A stretch of 64,000 nt of DNA from the human T2T-CHM13v2.0 reference genome, Homo sapiens. The translations under genes and the position numbers were made by a program. Below are positions 45,422-60,994 of this stretch, piece by piece (position 1 is the stretch's first letter; each line of letters opens with the position of its first letter). The DNA is taken from NCBI RefSeq assembly GCF_009914755.1, contig NC_060941.1. One strand, written 5' to 3'. The notes under the pieces were generated by a model that did not search any database, had not been told where the DNA came from, and was given only the letters and a program-made list of their open reading frames with translations.

Positions 45422-48028
45422 TCAGCCTGGGCGACAGAGCAAGACTGTCTCAAAACAACAACAAACAAAATGGATAGTACAAGCAGTTAAGTAATTGGAC
45501 CTGGTAGGGCCTCTAGCTGAGGTAACTCATGAGTTGTATAAATGGACTTATAAAGATGATCTCAGCCAGGTGCAGTGGCTCACACCTGTAAATCCCAGCA
45601 CTTTGGGAGGCCGAGGCAGGTGGATCACCTGAGGTCAGGAGTTTGAGACCAGCCTGACCAAAATGGTGAAACCCTGTCTCTACTAAAAATATAAAAATTA
45701 GCTGGGTGTGGTGGCACACACCTGTAATCCCAGCACTTTGGGAGGCCAAGGTGGGCAGATCACCTAAGGTCAGGAGTTCAAGAACAGCCTGGCCAACATG
45801 GTGAAACCCTGTCTCTACTAAAAATACAAAAATTAGCCAGGCATGATAGTGCATGCCTGTAATCCCAGCTATTTGGGAGGCTGGGGCAGGAGAATCTCTT
45901 GAACTCGGGAGGCAGAGGTTGCAGTTAGCCGAGATTGAGGTCACACCACTGCACTCCAGCCTGGGGGACAGAGCAGAATCTCTAAAAAACAAAACAAAAC
46001 AAAACAAAAAACCAAAAACAGTCAGAAGGTGTCTTGGAGGAGTAGGCTTTGGAGGAGCTGGCATAGTGGTCATTGATGGTAGGAGGGTTGTCGTCCCCTG
46101 GCTTAGCTCAGGAGCGGTTTAGCTCTTGATGGTTCTCTGCTTCTGATCCATCAGTTCGGTCTCTCCTTCAAAGCCCTCACCCCTGTCCCCGGTCCTCCAG
46201 CCCACAGTGGCCCTGCTGTGGCAGTGACAGCCTGGGTTCCTGCTGCTTGGGTGCAGGGCTCCCTTCTCCATTTGCTGAGGTGGGTAGTGTAGGAAGGGAG
46301 GCAGGGCCCAGAGAGGGCTGTGCTGGGGCCTGCACAGCACGTGGGCTAGTCCCTGTGTGCTGTTCTTTTTGGGGCCTGTCACATAGAAGGGACAGTGTTT
46401 GTGGACTTGTAGCTCCCACCCGAGCAGTGCCTCAGGGACAGGAGAGAGGGGACAGGAGTCTTTCTCTTTGGCTACAGCCAGATTGCAGAGCAGCAGCATC
46501 CTCACAGTGGCTGGCGTGGAAGCTGACCCCCACTGCCAACCTTTCCTTCTCTCCATGGAGTCTTCCTGTTCTTAACCTCTGGACTGCCCGGGCCCTCCCT
46601 TCTGTTCTCACTCAGCACTCTGTTTGGGGGCCCCACAGGGAGTTGCACTCATGAAAGGGAATGGGGAGGCTGGCTTGGGCTGCTGAGGCTCCTTCTTCCC
46701 TGCAGCTTGAGATGGTGTCGTCTAGGAAACGGAGGGCCCTGGAGAAACATGCTCAGGCTCCAGCTCACACTCTCCAGCTCTGGGACCTGTTAGGCTGTTT
46801 CCTCTCCCCTGGGGTGTGTAACCCCATTATAAGGATGGTTTTAGGCAGAGAAGTGTCCCATCCACTCCCCATGCCTCGGCCCCTGCTTCACCCAGGGTGC
46901 CTGTGCTGAGAGCATCCTGTATGTCAAACTCGCGGTCCCTGAATGATGCCTCTGGAGCCATGACTCACTCAGGCTCTGCCTGATGCTCTGGCATGTGCTG
47001 AGGCAGGAGCCCCAGGTATCTGGCCTCCTTTCTGCCTGGGGGATGCAGGGCCTGGGCATTCCCGGGCAGCCTTGGGCCCAGCAGCACTTGGGCCGGTGTG
47101 TCTGAATGTATTGGGGCATCACCGGCTGCTGGCCCGGCTCTTCCCTGCATGGCTGTTAGGGTCTCCGTGCTACCTGGCAGGAAGGTGTTGGAGTCTTCAG
47201 AGGCCCTTTGGGCTGGCTCTTCCCTCCCTACTGGATCCTTCCTTCTGTCAGCTGCCTGGCCTTGGGCTTTGCCTTCCTAGAAGTCACTGCTCAAATCTTC
47301 TCAGCGGCCAGTCCATCCCGTCCCCCTCCACACAGGATGTGCTACTATTAATAACCCACAAGTCCCCTCTCCCCTCCTTCCTGCAGCTGTAACTATGGAA
47401 AGGGCTGTTGGCTTGGCTCCATGCTGGGGAGTTGCCGTGTGATTTGGGGACTTCTCATGGATGATGGGCTCACCCAGTGACTTGGGGACAAAGGACAGGT
47501 AGTTTGGGAAGAGAGCTGGGATTTGTGTGTCCCAGGGTTCCCCTTGATACTGGCAGTTGTCTTCAGGTTTCTGGGACAGGGGCAGTTTCTCCTCCATCTA
47601 TCCCTCTGTCTGTCCATATCCTGGCTGCATGGTGCCCCTCAGCTAACCCCACTGTGGCCTCCTCTGAAGAACAGGCCAAGCTCCTGGATATCTGGCAGCG
47701 CGTTGGACAAACTTTCTCTTCTCAATGCTCCTGTTTCCTCCCTCCTTCTCTTTCCTCTTCTCCCCTCCCTCCCGCCCTTCCAGGGCTGCTGCCTCCTCCT
47801 CCCTCCCTGAATCTGCAGCGTGACTAGAAATAGGCTGAATTAATCAGCAGATTGAAGCTCTGCTCTGCTGCGCCTGATTCTGTGCAGCACCCGGCTTCTT
47901 GCTCACACACTCTCAGCTGTCTCCGTCTCTTCTCTCCTCTTCTCTCTCTCTCTCTTTTCACCCTCCCCGCTTTGAGGGAGGTGTTGGAAGTTCTTGCAGC
48001 TGACTGCTTGTGGCTCAGACTCTGGCCC

Positions 48029-48082
48029 ATGCTCTTTAAGCAGGCAGAGCTATGGATGCCCCATCAGGGCAAAGGCAACAAA
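48029..48082 (+). CDS. TMEM94: TMEM94 alternative first coding exon (MLFKQAELWMPHQGKGNK)
   Basis: ATG at 48029, 18 codons, strong donor AAA|GTGAGT, phase 0 and in frame with exon 3. Matches an alternative N-terminus I recall for a longer TMEM94 isoform. Confidence 0.8.
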
Positions 48083-48735
48083 GTGAGTATGCTGGCAGGG
48101 CTTTTACGCTTCTCTTTAAAATGCTGTGTTCCCTGCTTTGTGTGGGAGTCTTCGGGTTAGCGGTTGCTGTGAGAGTCCTGAAGACAATGCAAAATGGGAG
48201 GCTGCTTGAATGAGCATGGGTAGCTGGGACCTGGGAAGGGGATTGGGAATGAGAGCCAGAAGGCCAGTGTGCCTGGGTAGCTGCCAGCCAGGTGCCCGAG
48301 TCACCCAGAGCAGGACTGGACCCAAGCCTCCCAGGGGATACCCTGCCAAGGCATGTGAGGACCTGGGTTTCCATGCACAGGTGACAGAAGCTCAGGGCCA
48401 GGATGCCATCCCTCCTCAGGGCCAATGAAGGCACTTTGAAGGCACAAGGAAGGACCATGTGGGGAACTAAGACAAGAGCCACCAGGGTGGGGAGGATTTT
48501 TTCCTAGGTCCTGATGGCTACAGGAGGTGGGGAAGAATGTGGGTGAAAGTACTAAGGTCAGCATGAGCCAGGAAAAGGAGGAAGCAGCTCTGCTCAAGGC
48601 TCTGATTTGCCTGGCTGCAGACAGTCCATCTGTGTCTGGCCCAACTCAGAAGAGTGTATAGTGGCTGAATCTCTGCTTCCGTGATTCGGGCATTGTGTGG
48701 AGTCCAGCTTTGTGTCCCTTCCATACCTGCACTGA

Positions 48736-48939
<204 letters not shown>

Positions 48940-49067
48940 TAAATTCATAACCTGTCTACCTGAGCTTAGGGGACCTTGATTCTATTGTTCCTAAAACAGC
49001 TGGAGTAGGAAGGAGAGCAGCTGCTGTGCCCAGAACGTCGTGCAGGAGCTGTGAAAGGGGACAGGGC

Positions 49068-49714
<647 letters not shown>

Positions 49715-50618
49715 GAAAGGGGACAGGGCCTGGGGCTTGAGGGTTTCTGACTCTGGGTCACCTGAGAAACCTGACGGAAGCGGCACAGGAGAGCTCAGGT
49801 GTGTCGGCTCTCGAAGGCGCCTTAGCCTATCCGGGTGCTCAGCTTCAGACCTCCAGAGCTGGGCCTGCTCAGGGGCAGACTCCTGGTGGTTCTGATTTGA
49901 TGGATAGAGTTCTTTCACCACCCTGCTCTTCCTCCAAATCCCCACGCCCTGCCAGCGTCCCTCTTTGATGATAGAACAGAGAGAGCAAGCCCTGTGTTGG
50001 GCGTTTGTTGCCTGCCTCTCCCGAGTCAGGACTTCCTTAGAGCCGTGTTATTTTCTCCTCTTGCTCCAGTTAAGCCTGAGCAGTGAAAACAGCGGAATGG
50101 GGTTTGTTCTGCCTGAAAAGCATCCGTGTAATTTGAGAAGTAGGGCCTCCCTTCCCCTTGGTGTGGTGGGAGTTTCTAGCATGTGGGAAGCTCTGAGAAT
50201 CTCATGTCACCCTTGGGTACTTAAGGCCAGGTTAGATTTTTTCTCAGTCATCTTGGCCCCAGGAGGCAAGAAAAGGCGACCTCAGCTTGTGTGTGTCAAC
50301 CCGGATTTCTGTTTCTCAGATAATAAGAACTGCGCCTGTTCCCTCGCTATGCCCTGCCATTGGTGCCCAGGTACATTGGGTAGCCAGCCTAACTCCATGC
50401 TTTGGGAAAGGCTGGCAGAGCCCACTCACCCACCAACCCATTCTGAACTTCCTTCAGAAAGTATGAAGGTCTTCTGCTCTTATGTCACATGTCAAAGCTG
50501 AGGCACAATGAGCAAGAAAGCAGGCCAGGCACGGTGGTTCACGCCTATAATCCCAGCCCTATGGGAGGCGGGAGGATTGCTTGAACCCAGGAGTTCGAGA
50601 CCAGCCTGGGCAACATAG

Positions 50619-50891
<273 letters not shown>

Positions 50892-50956
50892 TGATCCCCC
50901 TGCCTCGGCCTCCCAAAGTGCTGGGATTACAGGCATGAGCCACTGAGCCCGGCCTA

Positions 50957-51106
<150 letters not shown>

Positions 51107-51254
51107 TTAGCTGGGTGTCGTGGCATCACCTATAGTCCTAGCTAGTTGGAAGGCTGAGGTGAGAGAATTACCTGAGCCTGGGAAGTCAAGGCTGCAGTGA
51201 GCCCTGATGGCACCATTACATTCCAACTTGGGCAACAGGAGTGAGACCATCTCA

Positions 51255-51479
<225 letters not shown>

Positions 51480-53345
51480 TTAATTTCGACCCCCTGCTGG
51501 AGAGGGAAGAGGTGAATGCCTGGGCAGTTGGATAAGCTCAGCTGAAGGCTGCAAAGAGCAGACTGGCCCAGAACGCTGGGTCCTCACTGCAGGGCTGGCC
51601 TGTGCGGGCAAGAGCTTCCTTTGGGCAGCACGTAATTACAGAATGGCTTATTTTTCCTCTACTGTGCTGTCTTTAATCACCAGTCTGGAGCTGGTGTCCC
51701 TGACCAGACATAACAAGCGGGGGCAGATGCACACAGACAGCTCTGCAGGCGCCCTGCCTGGGAGTATCTGCCACCCTCTGGCCCATACCTCCCACACCTG
51801 GAGGGGAGCAGAGCGCAGCTTCAAGGTTCCTGGGGTAGAGACAGCAAGAGAGCAGATGATGGCCAGGCGGGGTGAGGAGGTCTTGGCTGCTTGGAATGAG
51901 GCAGCAGGTGTCAGGACAGCTGCCATGTGGCCCACGAGAATCAATGAATGTCCAAGATCTTCAGGCCTGACCAAAGGAGGGACACCTCCCTGGCTCTCTG
52001 ACTACTCCTCTTAGCCTTTTCTCTGCCTTGCTGGAAACTGTCACCTTCCTGAGTGTGGTCCTCATTCTAGGCCGAGCATCTTCCCAGCTGTGTACAGTTG
52101 CCTGGTCCTTCCTCTCTTTCTCCCTCCCAGTCTCCATCTCTTGGGTGGACAGCCTTCCCCCTATGCAGGCCAGCTTTTCCTGCCTTCAGTGTGTTTCTCA
52201 CTTGATCATGTCTGGAGGCCTGGCCCAGGTATGGGCCATTCTGTCCTGGGAACACTCACATTCCTCTCTGTGGCGAGGAAGCTCAGAAGGCTGAGCCTGA
52301 GGGGAAGACACTGGAGGCCTGGGGTCTCTGTGTGCAGCCGCCTGTCTCCTAGATCCTCTTCTTCCCTGGGGTGGGAGGAACAGACGTCCATGCCCACAGA
52401 CAGGAGAAGGCCTATGGTCTCCTCTTCCTGTTTCTCTTCCTCCCTTACAACCCTCCCTGAAGCTTTCCTTCCCTCCATGTCAGGAGCTCCGGGAGGCAGT
52501 AGGACAGGTACAGGCATTCATTTGCCCTGGACCATGGCCTCTTTGGGAGGCCTCAGGATCCTTGCCAAAGGGAGGTGGGTGCGTTGGAGCACAGTATTTA
52601 CCCATGTGGGGGTGTGAGGCCCCCGCCGGGAGGGCCATTTCTTTCTGAGCTGAAATAACCAGTTTATCCCCTCTGGGAAGAGGCGGCTCTTATCTTTATA
52701 ATCCCCCAAAGCCACTGTGGAGAGCGGGATTAGGTGAGATTTAGGGAAGGGAGCTGGGGAATCCTGGGGCCAGGCCCCGTCCCTCAGGCCAGCACTGGGG
52801 GCTCCACTTGAGTGCCTCCTGTGATGCCAGGCTGTGGCAGGGGGCAGCATCCCTGGGCCCAGGAGCCACTCTTACTTATGGGATGTGTGCCCTGCCAGGG
52901 CTGAGGCTCAGTTGCCGAGGAGGGGGTATGTGTGGAGACAGGCAGGAAGGAGTAAGCCCAGAAGGCCAGAGGGCACAGCCAGGGCAGGACTCTGGGAGAC
53001 AGAACTGTGGGCCGCATAGAGGGTGGGGAGAGCAGTGAGACGAGGCAGCCAGGGGTCACCAGCCCCACAGCCTGTGGCTGAGCCTCCTCCATGGCTGCCC
53101 CAAATCCCTTTCCTGGTGCCTGAGGTCTAGGGATTCACTCCTCTTGCTCAGGAGGTTTTCCAGAGGGAAGCTCACATGGATGCTTCGCAGGTGGTCCTGG
53201 AAAGACTCACTTCTCCTTCAGGCGCTGCCTTTCATGGGGCTCTTCTTTGTCCCAGGGCCTCAGAGCTGGGGTGTGGTGGCTCACGCCTATAATCACAGCA
53301 CTTTAGCAGGCTGAGGAGGGAGGATTGCTTGAGGTCAGGAGTTTA

Positions 53346-53841
<496 letters not shown>

Positions 53842-53855
53842 TCAATTTAAAAATA

Positions 53856-53861
<6 letters not shown>

Positions 53862-53891
<30 letters not shown>

Positions 53892-53903
53892 TGTATGTAT
53901 GTA
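53862..53903. repeat. (ATGT)n tetranucleotide STR
   Basis: Read directly from the sequence. Confidence 0.9.
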
Positions 53904-53907
53904 TAAC

Positions 53908-54045
53908 CTGGAATTCCCTTCATCCCCAGAAATTTTGGTTCAGTAGGTCCGGAGTGGAGCCTAGACATCCACCACATTTTTAAAAGCTGTGGTGTCTAAG
54001 ATTTTGGGCTGACAGTCCCGATTAAGGTGAAGCCTTGACTAAGCT
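53908..54045. mobile_element. MER5A-like fragment
   Basis: ccccagaaattttggttcagtaggtccggagtggagcctaga...catttttaaaagct. Confidence 0.6.
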
Positions 54046-54089
54046 GCGGAATGCCTCGGGTTGTTCCTGTTGCTGTTTCATTGGGATCA

Positions 54090-55500
54090 TTGCATTCATT
54101 CATTCATTCATTTATTCATTCATTCATTCAGCAAGTATTCACTGAGCTTGTGTGTGCCATGCACTGTCTCAGCAGTTGGATGGTGAGGGTGTGTGGAAAT
54201 GGAAGAATTCAGAGCCTGTTTTTAAGGAATTTGCAGTCTGGCGGGAGAGCCAGCTGTGTCAATCTGTGATTACAGTTCTGTAAGGTGCAGGCTGCAGGCC
54301 AGGTTGCCCAGGACACCATTGACATGTAAACCTCCCCTGAAGTGCAGCCCTGGGTTTTGGGAAAATGTCCCAGAGGAGGTGATGTTTGAGCTGAGTCTTG
54401 AAGGAGAAGCAAGAGTTGACTGGGGTGGGGCACGTGATTCTCGCTGGGAAACACATCAAGTATGTGAACATGAGCTGAAGGGGCTCGGCTCGTGTCAGGA
54501 GGAGCAGGAAAGGAGGCCAGGGAGGCTGGCACATCTGAAGGGTCTCCAGGAGCACACACAAGAATCGGACTTGATTTTAAGGGTAAATAGGTCATTTGAC
54601 CAACCAGGCAGGCCCTGCTCTGGCCAAGGTGTTCCAGTGGGTTTGGAAAAGTTAGAGACAGTGTGGGGTGGAGTTTGGGCAAGCATAAGGCCAGGGTCAA
54701 GAATGTTCTAGAGGTGATTGGGTGAGACAGTCACTGTGAGAGGAAAGGTGACTCTGGCAGTAGAGCCAGGTGGCAAGTTCAAGTTTTTTTCTTTTCTTTT
54801 TTTTTTTTTTTGAGACAGAGTCTAGCTCTGTCACCCAGGCTGGAGTGCAGTGGCGTGATCTTGGCTCACTGCAACCTCTGCCTCCCGGTTCAAGTGATTC
54901 TCATGCCTCAGCCACCCAAGCAGCTGGGATTACATGCATGCACCACCATGCCCAGCTAATTTTTGTATTTTTAGTAGGGATGGGGTTTCACCATGTTGGC
55001 CTGGCCAGGCTGGTCTCAAATGCCTGACCTCAAGTAGTGCACCCATCTCAGCTTCCCAAAGTGCTGGGATTACAGGCGTGAGTTCGGCCCGAGTTCAGGT
55101 TTTTGGACACATTGACTCCTAGGTCCCTGTGAAGCAGCTGTAGGCCCGTTCAGCAGACGGGTCCACATTCAGGGTAGCGGTCAGACTTGAAGTAAAATAG
55201 GAGTTGTAGGCTTGTTGGTGGCAGGTGACTCTGTGACTGTGGATGAGGTTGCTCTGGAAACCTACAGAGGTTGGTAACGTGTCCTAGGTGGCCTATGGGG
55301 TAGACGGATGGGGAAGAACAGTCAGAGTCAACGGAGAAAACAGGAGAGAAGCCAGGAATGGGGGAGTCCTGACAGGGAAAGGCTGGGCCACAAGGTCGCC
55401 TAAGATGATGTGGTTGGTCCCTGCGTCGTCGGGGCCTACACTGTCCACACCTTGTCCCATTCATCCTTGGTGAGATGGGAGTGTGCCTCTGCACAGTCCT
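54090..55500 (-). mobile_element. L2 fragment with (TTCA)n end, interrupted by an Alu
   Basis: cattcattcattc...gtattcactgagc...gtgtgccatgcactg; gaggtgatgtttgagctgagtcttgaagga. Confidence 0.75.
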
Positions 55501-55951
55501 GCCCTGGGAATAGCTGCCTTTTTTTCTGTTATGTCCTTCCTAATGTTTCAGTGTTACAATATCCTCTCTTTCATGAAATGGTAGTTATAGAAGATGGTGG
55601 GTTTTTTCCCTCCCTGCCCCTTTCTTCCGTCCCTCCCTCCCTCCCTCCCAACCTCCCTCCCTCCCTGACAGAGCTGGAAGGTTTTTTTCCTTCATGTCTT
55701 TCCTAGGAACAGTGAAATGCTAGCATCTCTTTTTTGTTGTTGTTTTTTTGAGACAGGGTCTCATTTTGTCATTTAGGCTGGAGTGCAGTGGCACAATCAC
55801 AGCTCACTACGACCTTGACCTCCTGAGCCCAAGCGATCCTCCTGCCTCAGCCTCCTGAGTAGCTGGGTGCATGCCACTATGCCCAGCTAATTTTTTCTTT
55901 CTGATTTTTTGTACAGATGGGGTTCCTCTATGTTGCCCAGACTAGTCTTTA

Positions 55952-56398
<447 letters not shown>

Positions 56399-56760
56399 TC
56401 AAAGACTGGCCCCCTTGCAATAAATTGGGAGATCAGTGGTGAGCACAGCCTGGGTGGGCAGGGAGCTCGCCAGGGGCAGTGGGGAAAGTGAGTTGGGGAA
56501 CATGGAATAAAAGAAAAAGTTGTTTTGTTTTTTAATTTGGCTGTAAAGAGTAGGGTAGGAGGCTGTGCACTTGAACAGTTTGTAATTTGGTGGAGATGGA
56601 CATGGTCACACCTTGAGAGGCCAGAGCTGGTAGGGGAAGAGATGTGAGGATCCCAGAGGAGGGGAAGGATGAAGGGCCAGGGAAGGGGAGGGTTGGGGCC
56701 CGCGTGCCTTGCATAGCCTTGGCCTGGCAGTGACGCCCAGCGCCTCCTGCTTGCCTGCAG

Positions 56761-56880
56761 GGCGAGCCTCCCTCAGCCCTGGGCCTGTCCACGCGGAAGG
56801 CCCTCAGCGTCCTGAAGGAGCAGCTGGAGGCAGTGCTGGAAGGACATCTCAGGGAGCGGAAGAAGTGTCTGACGTGGAAG
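56761..56880 (+). CDS. TMEM94: TMEM94 exon 3 (GEPPSALG...KKCLTWK)
   Basis: ctgcAG| acceptor, |GTGAAG donor, 120 nt, phase 0/0. Confidence 0.95.
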
Positions 56881-57203
56881 GTGAAGCTTCTTCTCGGGGC
56901 TACCAGGGCCTGGCTGGGATGGCAGGGAAGTGTGGGAGGCCCCTTCTCAGGACTCTGATGTACCCTGTCACCCTGGACAGTGTGACCCAACTGAGGCCTC
57001 ATGAAATATCAGAAAGAAGCCAAGGTTCCCCTCAGAGTGGCTCCTGAGCCTGCTTGCTGCAGGAGCCCAACAGGCTGGAGCCCAGCCGAGGTCAAAGAGA
57101 GGGGACCAAGGCGGCCATGGGGGCTGGGAAGGGTGCCGGGGGAGGCAGCCAGATTGGAGTGGGACAGGCCTCTCATTGTCCCCTCCCTGTCCGAACTTCC
57201 CAG

Positions 57204-57331
57204 GAGGTGTGGAGAAGCAGCTTCCTCCACCACAGTAACCGCTGCTCCTGCTTCCACTGGCCGGGGGCCTCACTCATGCTACTGGCCGTGCTGCTGCTGC
57301 TGGGCTGCTGCGGGGGACAGCCAGCCGGGAG
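57204..57331 (+). CDS. TMEM94: TMEM94 exon 4 (EVWRSSFL...GGQPAG; first hydrophobic segment)
   Basis: cccAG| acceptor, AG|GTGTGC donor, 128 nt, phase 0/2. Confidence 0.95.
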
Positions 57332-57621
57332 GTGTGCGCCCAGGGGCTGCTCCCCAACCTCTCAGCTGTGCTGTCCATCCTGCCGCGGCACCTGGGACAG
57401 ACCAGGGCTCTTGGGGGCTGTCACCCCCAAGCTGCTCCTGGGATGTAAGGGAACCTCCTCAGTCCCTTGAATGGGGTCAGAGGCCTAGCTGGTGTCAGGG
57501 CACCAGAACGGGACAGTCTTTCCACAAGGGACTGGGGTGGGAAGGGGAGCTGTGGCCTGGGGGCTGCTGGGTGGGCGAGCCCTCACTCCCTGTGGGTGCG
57601 GCCTCTCTTTCCTCCCACCAG

Positions 57622-57758
57622 CCGTGGGGTGGGGCTGGTGAATGCCTCGGCCTTGTTCCTGTTACTGCTTCTCAACCTTGTGCTCATCGGGCGGCAAGAC
57701 CGGCTGAAGCGTCGGGAGGTAGAGCGGAGGCTGCGAGGGATCATTGACCAAATCCAAG
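57622..57758 (+). CDS. TMEM94: TMEM94 exon 5 (RGVGLVNASALFLLLLLNLVLIG...IDQIQ)
   Basis: ccacCAG| acceptor, AAG|GTGAGG donor, 137 nt, phase 2/1; second hydrophobic segment. Confidence 0.95.
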
Positions 57759-59263
57759 GTGAGGTCAAGGGCAGGCATATTGGTGGGAAAAGATGACCGG
57801 ACATATCAGAGCCCTGAGGGCTCCCCTCCTGCACCCCAGCACAGACGGGTTGCCTGTGGCCAGCATTGCAGGGGCTCTTGTCATCTGGGGAGTTAGAAGG
57901 ATGCCCACTCTCTTCTGAGCAGGGCAGTGAGAGCTGTGGGATGGTGGTGGGTGCCCAGGCAGAGGGCTGGGCAGGCAGGAAGGCCAACAGTGGCAGGTGG
58001 GCTTGCAGGCTGGCTCACGTTGGGAAACCAACAGGGAAGTCCTCTCACATGGCAGGAGGATGATTGAAGTTTTCTCGTTCAAGTCCATCTTGTCTGGTGT
58101 ACTGTGCTGGGAGACATGGGAAGGTGGGCAGACATACCTGCAGGAATTGGGGTGGGGTAGGGGCCGGGAGCCTGAGATGGAGCAGCCCAGCTCCAAAAGG
58201 GAGGGGAGTGGCTTGGATTTCTGCTTGGCCTTTCATTCAGGCGGTGTTTATGAAGCTTGGCTGCGGATTGAGGGTTGTTGAGGCTCTTTTGAGGGACGGT
58301 GGCTCCTGCTGTCCAGGGGCATGTGGTGCTGTGGGAGAAGCAGCACCCACTCATGAGACCTTTCTCCAACAGACCTGGGCAGTGGACGTTTAGATGCTAA
58401 GTGAGTTTGTCCTTTCGTTCTGAGATGGTTAATTGCCACCATGTGCCAGGCACTGGGAGTGCAATGGTGATGGCAAAAGATGGGCCCTGCTTTCCGGAGC
58501 TTAGTCTCCTGCCCAGGAGCATCAGTGGCTCCCTTTTGCTTATGGAAGCCATCCCAGAGGCACGCGTGGCCTCCCAGAGCCTCCAACACAGGCTCACCTT
58601 CCTCTCCAGCCTCTTCTCTTCCTCCTCATTCTGATGCTGAAACTACTCACCAGTCCTAGGCCCACTGTGTATCAGCCTCTGCCTCTGTGCCTCTCTCCAC
58701 TGTTCTCTGCTGGTGAGCTTCTCCCTCACTCATCTCCAGCTGACAAAACCATTCTTCCAGGCCCATCCCCAGTGCTTCCTCTTTCAGGAAGCCACCTCTG
58801 ATCGCCCCAGCAAATCGGTTTGCTCCCTCTTCTGGACTCCTGCAGCACAGGGATCTTTGTTAATGCTTAGCCGTGTTTGCCTTGTTTGGCGTTATCTGTC
58901 CACATGTCTCATCTGCCCCACTGGGTTGTGGCTCCTTGAGGAGCTATGTTGTTGTCTCCACCTTGCACCCCTCACAGGCCCTCTGCAATGTTTGTGAAGT
59001 GTATCTGAATGGGATGGGGGTACAAAGAACGAGAGCTCCAGGTGTTGAGAGGAGGTAGAGGCTCTGGGGCTGGAGTGGCCGGGTAGGGCTTTATAAGGGA
59101 GGCATCCTTGAAAGCAGGGAAGTGTTGGAACGAGTGGAGGGGTTTGACGCAGACCTCCTGGGAGAGGAAGTGGGCAGACAGTGCTTCCGGAAGTGCTGCT
59201 GTATCTGACTGGGGGGCAGGGCCGTGGCTGAGAGGGTTGTTTCCCTCTTTCCATTCCCCTCAG

Positions 59264-59466
59264 ATGCCCTCAGGGATGGCAGGGAGATCCAGTGGCCCAG
59301 TGCCATGTATCCAGACCTCCACATGCCTTTTGCGCCATCCTGGTCCTTGCACTGGGCCTACAGAGACGGACACCTGGTCAACCTGCCAGTCAGCCTGCTG
59401 GTTGAAGGAGACATCATAGCTTTGAGGCCTGGCCAGGAATCGTTTGCTTCTCTGAGGGGGATCAAG
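59264..59466 (+). CDS. TMEM94: TMEM94 exon 6 (actuator-domain-like YRDGHLVNLPVSLLVEGDIIALRPGQ)
   Basis: cctCAG| acceptor, AAG|GTAGCT donor, 203 nt, phase 1/0. Confidence 0.95.
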
Positions 59467-59470
59467 GTAG

Positions 59471-59980
<510 letters not shown>

Positions 59981-60090
59981 TAACTGATGGCTCCTAACCC
60001 CAGGGAATGTCTGTACTTAGATGAATTGTCCAGGAAGAGTGGCCTCTGATAGGACCCTCTCGTTCCCACTCTCCCACTTGCTGCCGGCAG

Positions 60091-60242
60091 GATGACGAGC
60101 ACATCGTCCTGGAGCCGGGAGACCTCTTCCCCCCCTTCTCCCCTCCACCCTCACCCCGGGGAGAAGTGGAGAGAGGGCCACAGAGCCCCCAGCAGCACCG
60201 GCTTTTCCGTGTCCTTGAGACCCCTGTGATTGACAACATCAG
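60091..60242 (+). CDS. TMEM94: TMEM94 exon 7 (DDEHIVLEPG...PVIDNI)
   Basis: ggCAG| acceptor, CAG|GTAGGG donor, 152 nt, phase 0/2. Confidence 0.95.
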
Positions 60243-60597
60243 GTAGGGGTGCTGCCCCGCCTCCTCCTGTCCCTGGTGTCTTCCGTGAAGAGGGGAATGG
60301 GACTGACAAGGAAGGGGCCCCGTTCATCTCGAGGTTCTCTTGAGGGCAGGCATCTCCTTAGGCTCCTGTCCTTAACATCTTGTGAGAATTCTTAGACTGA
60401 GTGGTGCCCTCTCCCAGTCTCTACTCTGAGGGGACAGCTCTGGAGGTGAACACGGGCTAGGGCCAGGGCAGAGCGTGGAACTGCAGGACTCACGGTGCTT
60501 GAAGAAGCGGTATCTGGCAGAGAGGCCCAGAATCCTCCCAAGGTGTAGGTTTCTAGCCTCTCTGCCAAGTGAGACTGACAGTCACTTCTTTCTGCAG

Positions 60598-60700
60598 ATG
60601 GTGCCTGGACATGGCCCTGTCCCGACCAGTCACTGCCCTGGACAATGAGCGGTTCACAGTGCAGTCGGTGATGCTACACTATGCTGTGCCCGTGGTCCTG
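60598..60700 (+). CDS. TMEM94: TMEM94 exon 8 (WCLDMALS...AVPVVL)
   Basis: tctgCAG| acceptor, CTG|GTGCGT donor, 103 nt, phase 2/0. Confidence 0.95.
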
Positions 60701-60907
60701 GTGCGTGTGGCGGGGCTGTGCGGGGCTGCATGGGGCAGAGGAGAGGGCTGGACACGGGGGGGTCTCAGGGCCACTCACATGAGCGGGAGTGAATGCAGAG
60801 GGTCCCAGAGTGAGCCAGCCTGTGGAGTAGCAAAGGAAGGGGAACGGCAGTGCCTGGGTCCCTCTAGAGGGGCGGGGTCAAGGCTGTGCCTCTGCTGTTC
60901 CCAACAG

Positions 60908-60994
60908 GCCGGCTTCCTCATCACCAATGCCCTGCGCTTCATCTTCAGTGCCCCGGGGGTCACTTCCTGGCAGTACACCCTCCTCCAGCTCCAG
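60908..60994 (+). CDS. TMEM94: TMEM94 exon 9 (AGFLITNALR...LLQLQ)
   Basis: aaCAG| acceptor; ends at a non-canonical GC donor CAG|GCAAGG; 87 nt, phase 0/0, in frame with exon 10. Confidence 0.9.

Noticed and set aside
57001-57747. 248-aa + strand ORF
   Set aside because: It crosses exons 4-5 and introns outside the TMEM94 reading frame in GC-rich DNA, with no recognisable protein features.
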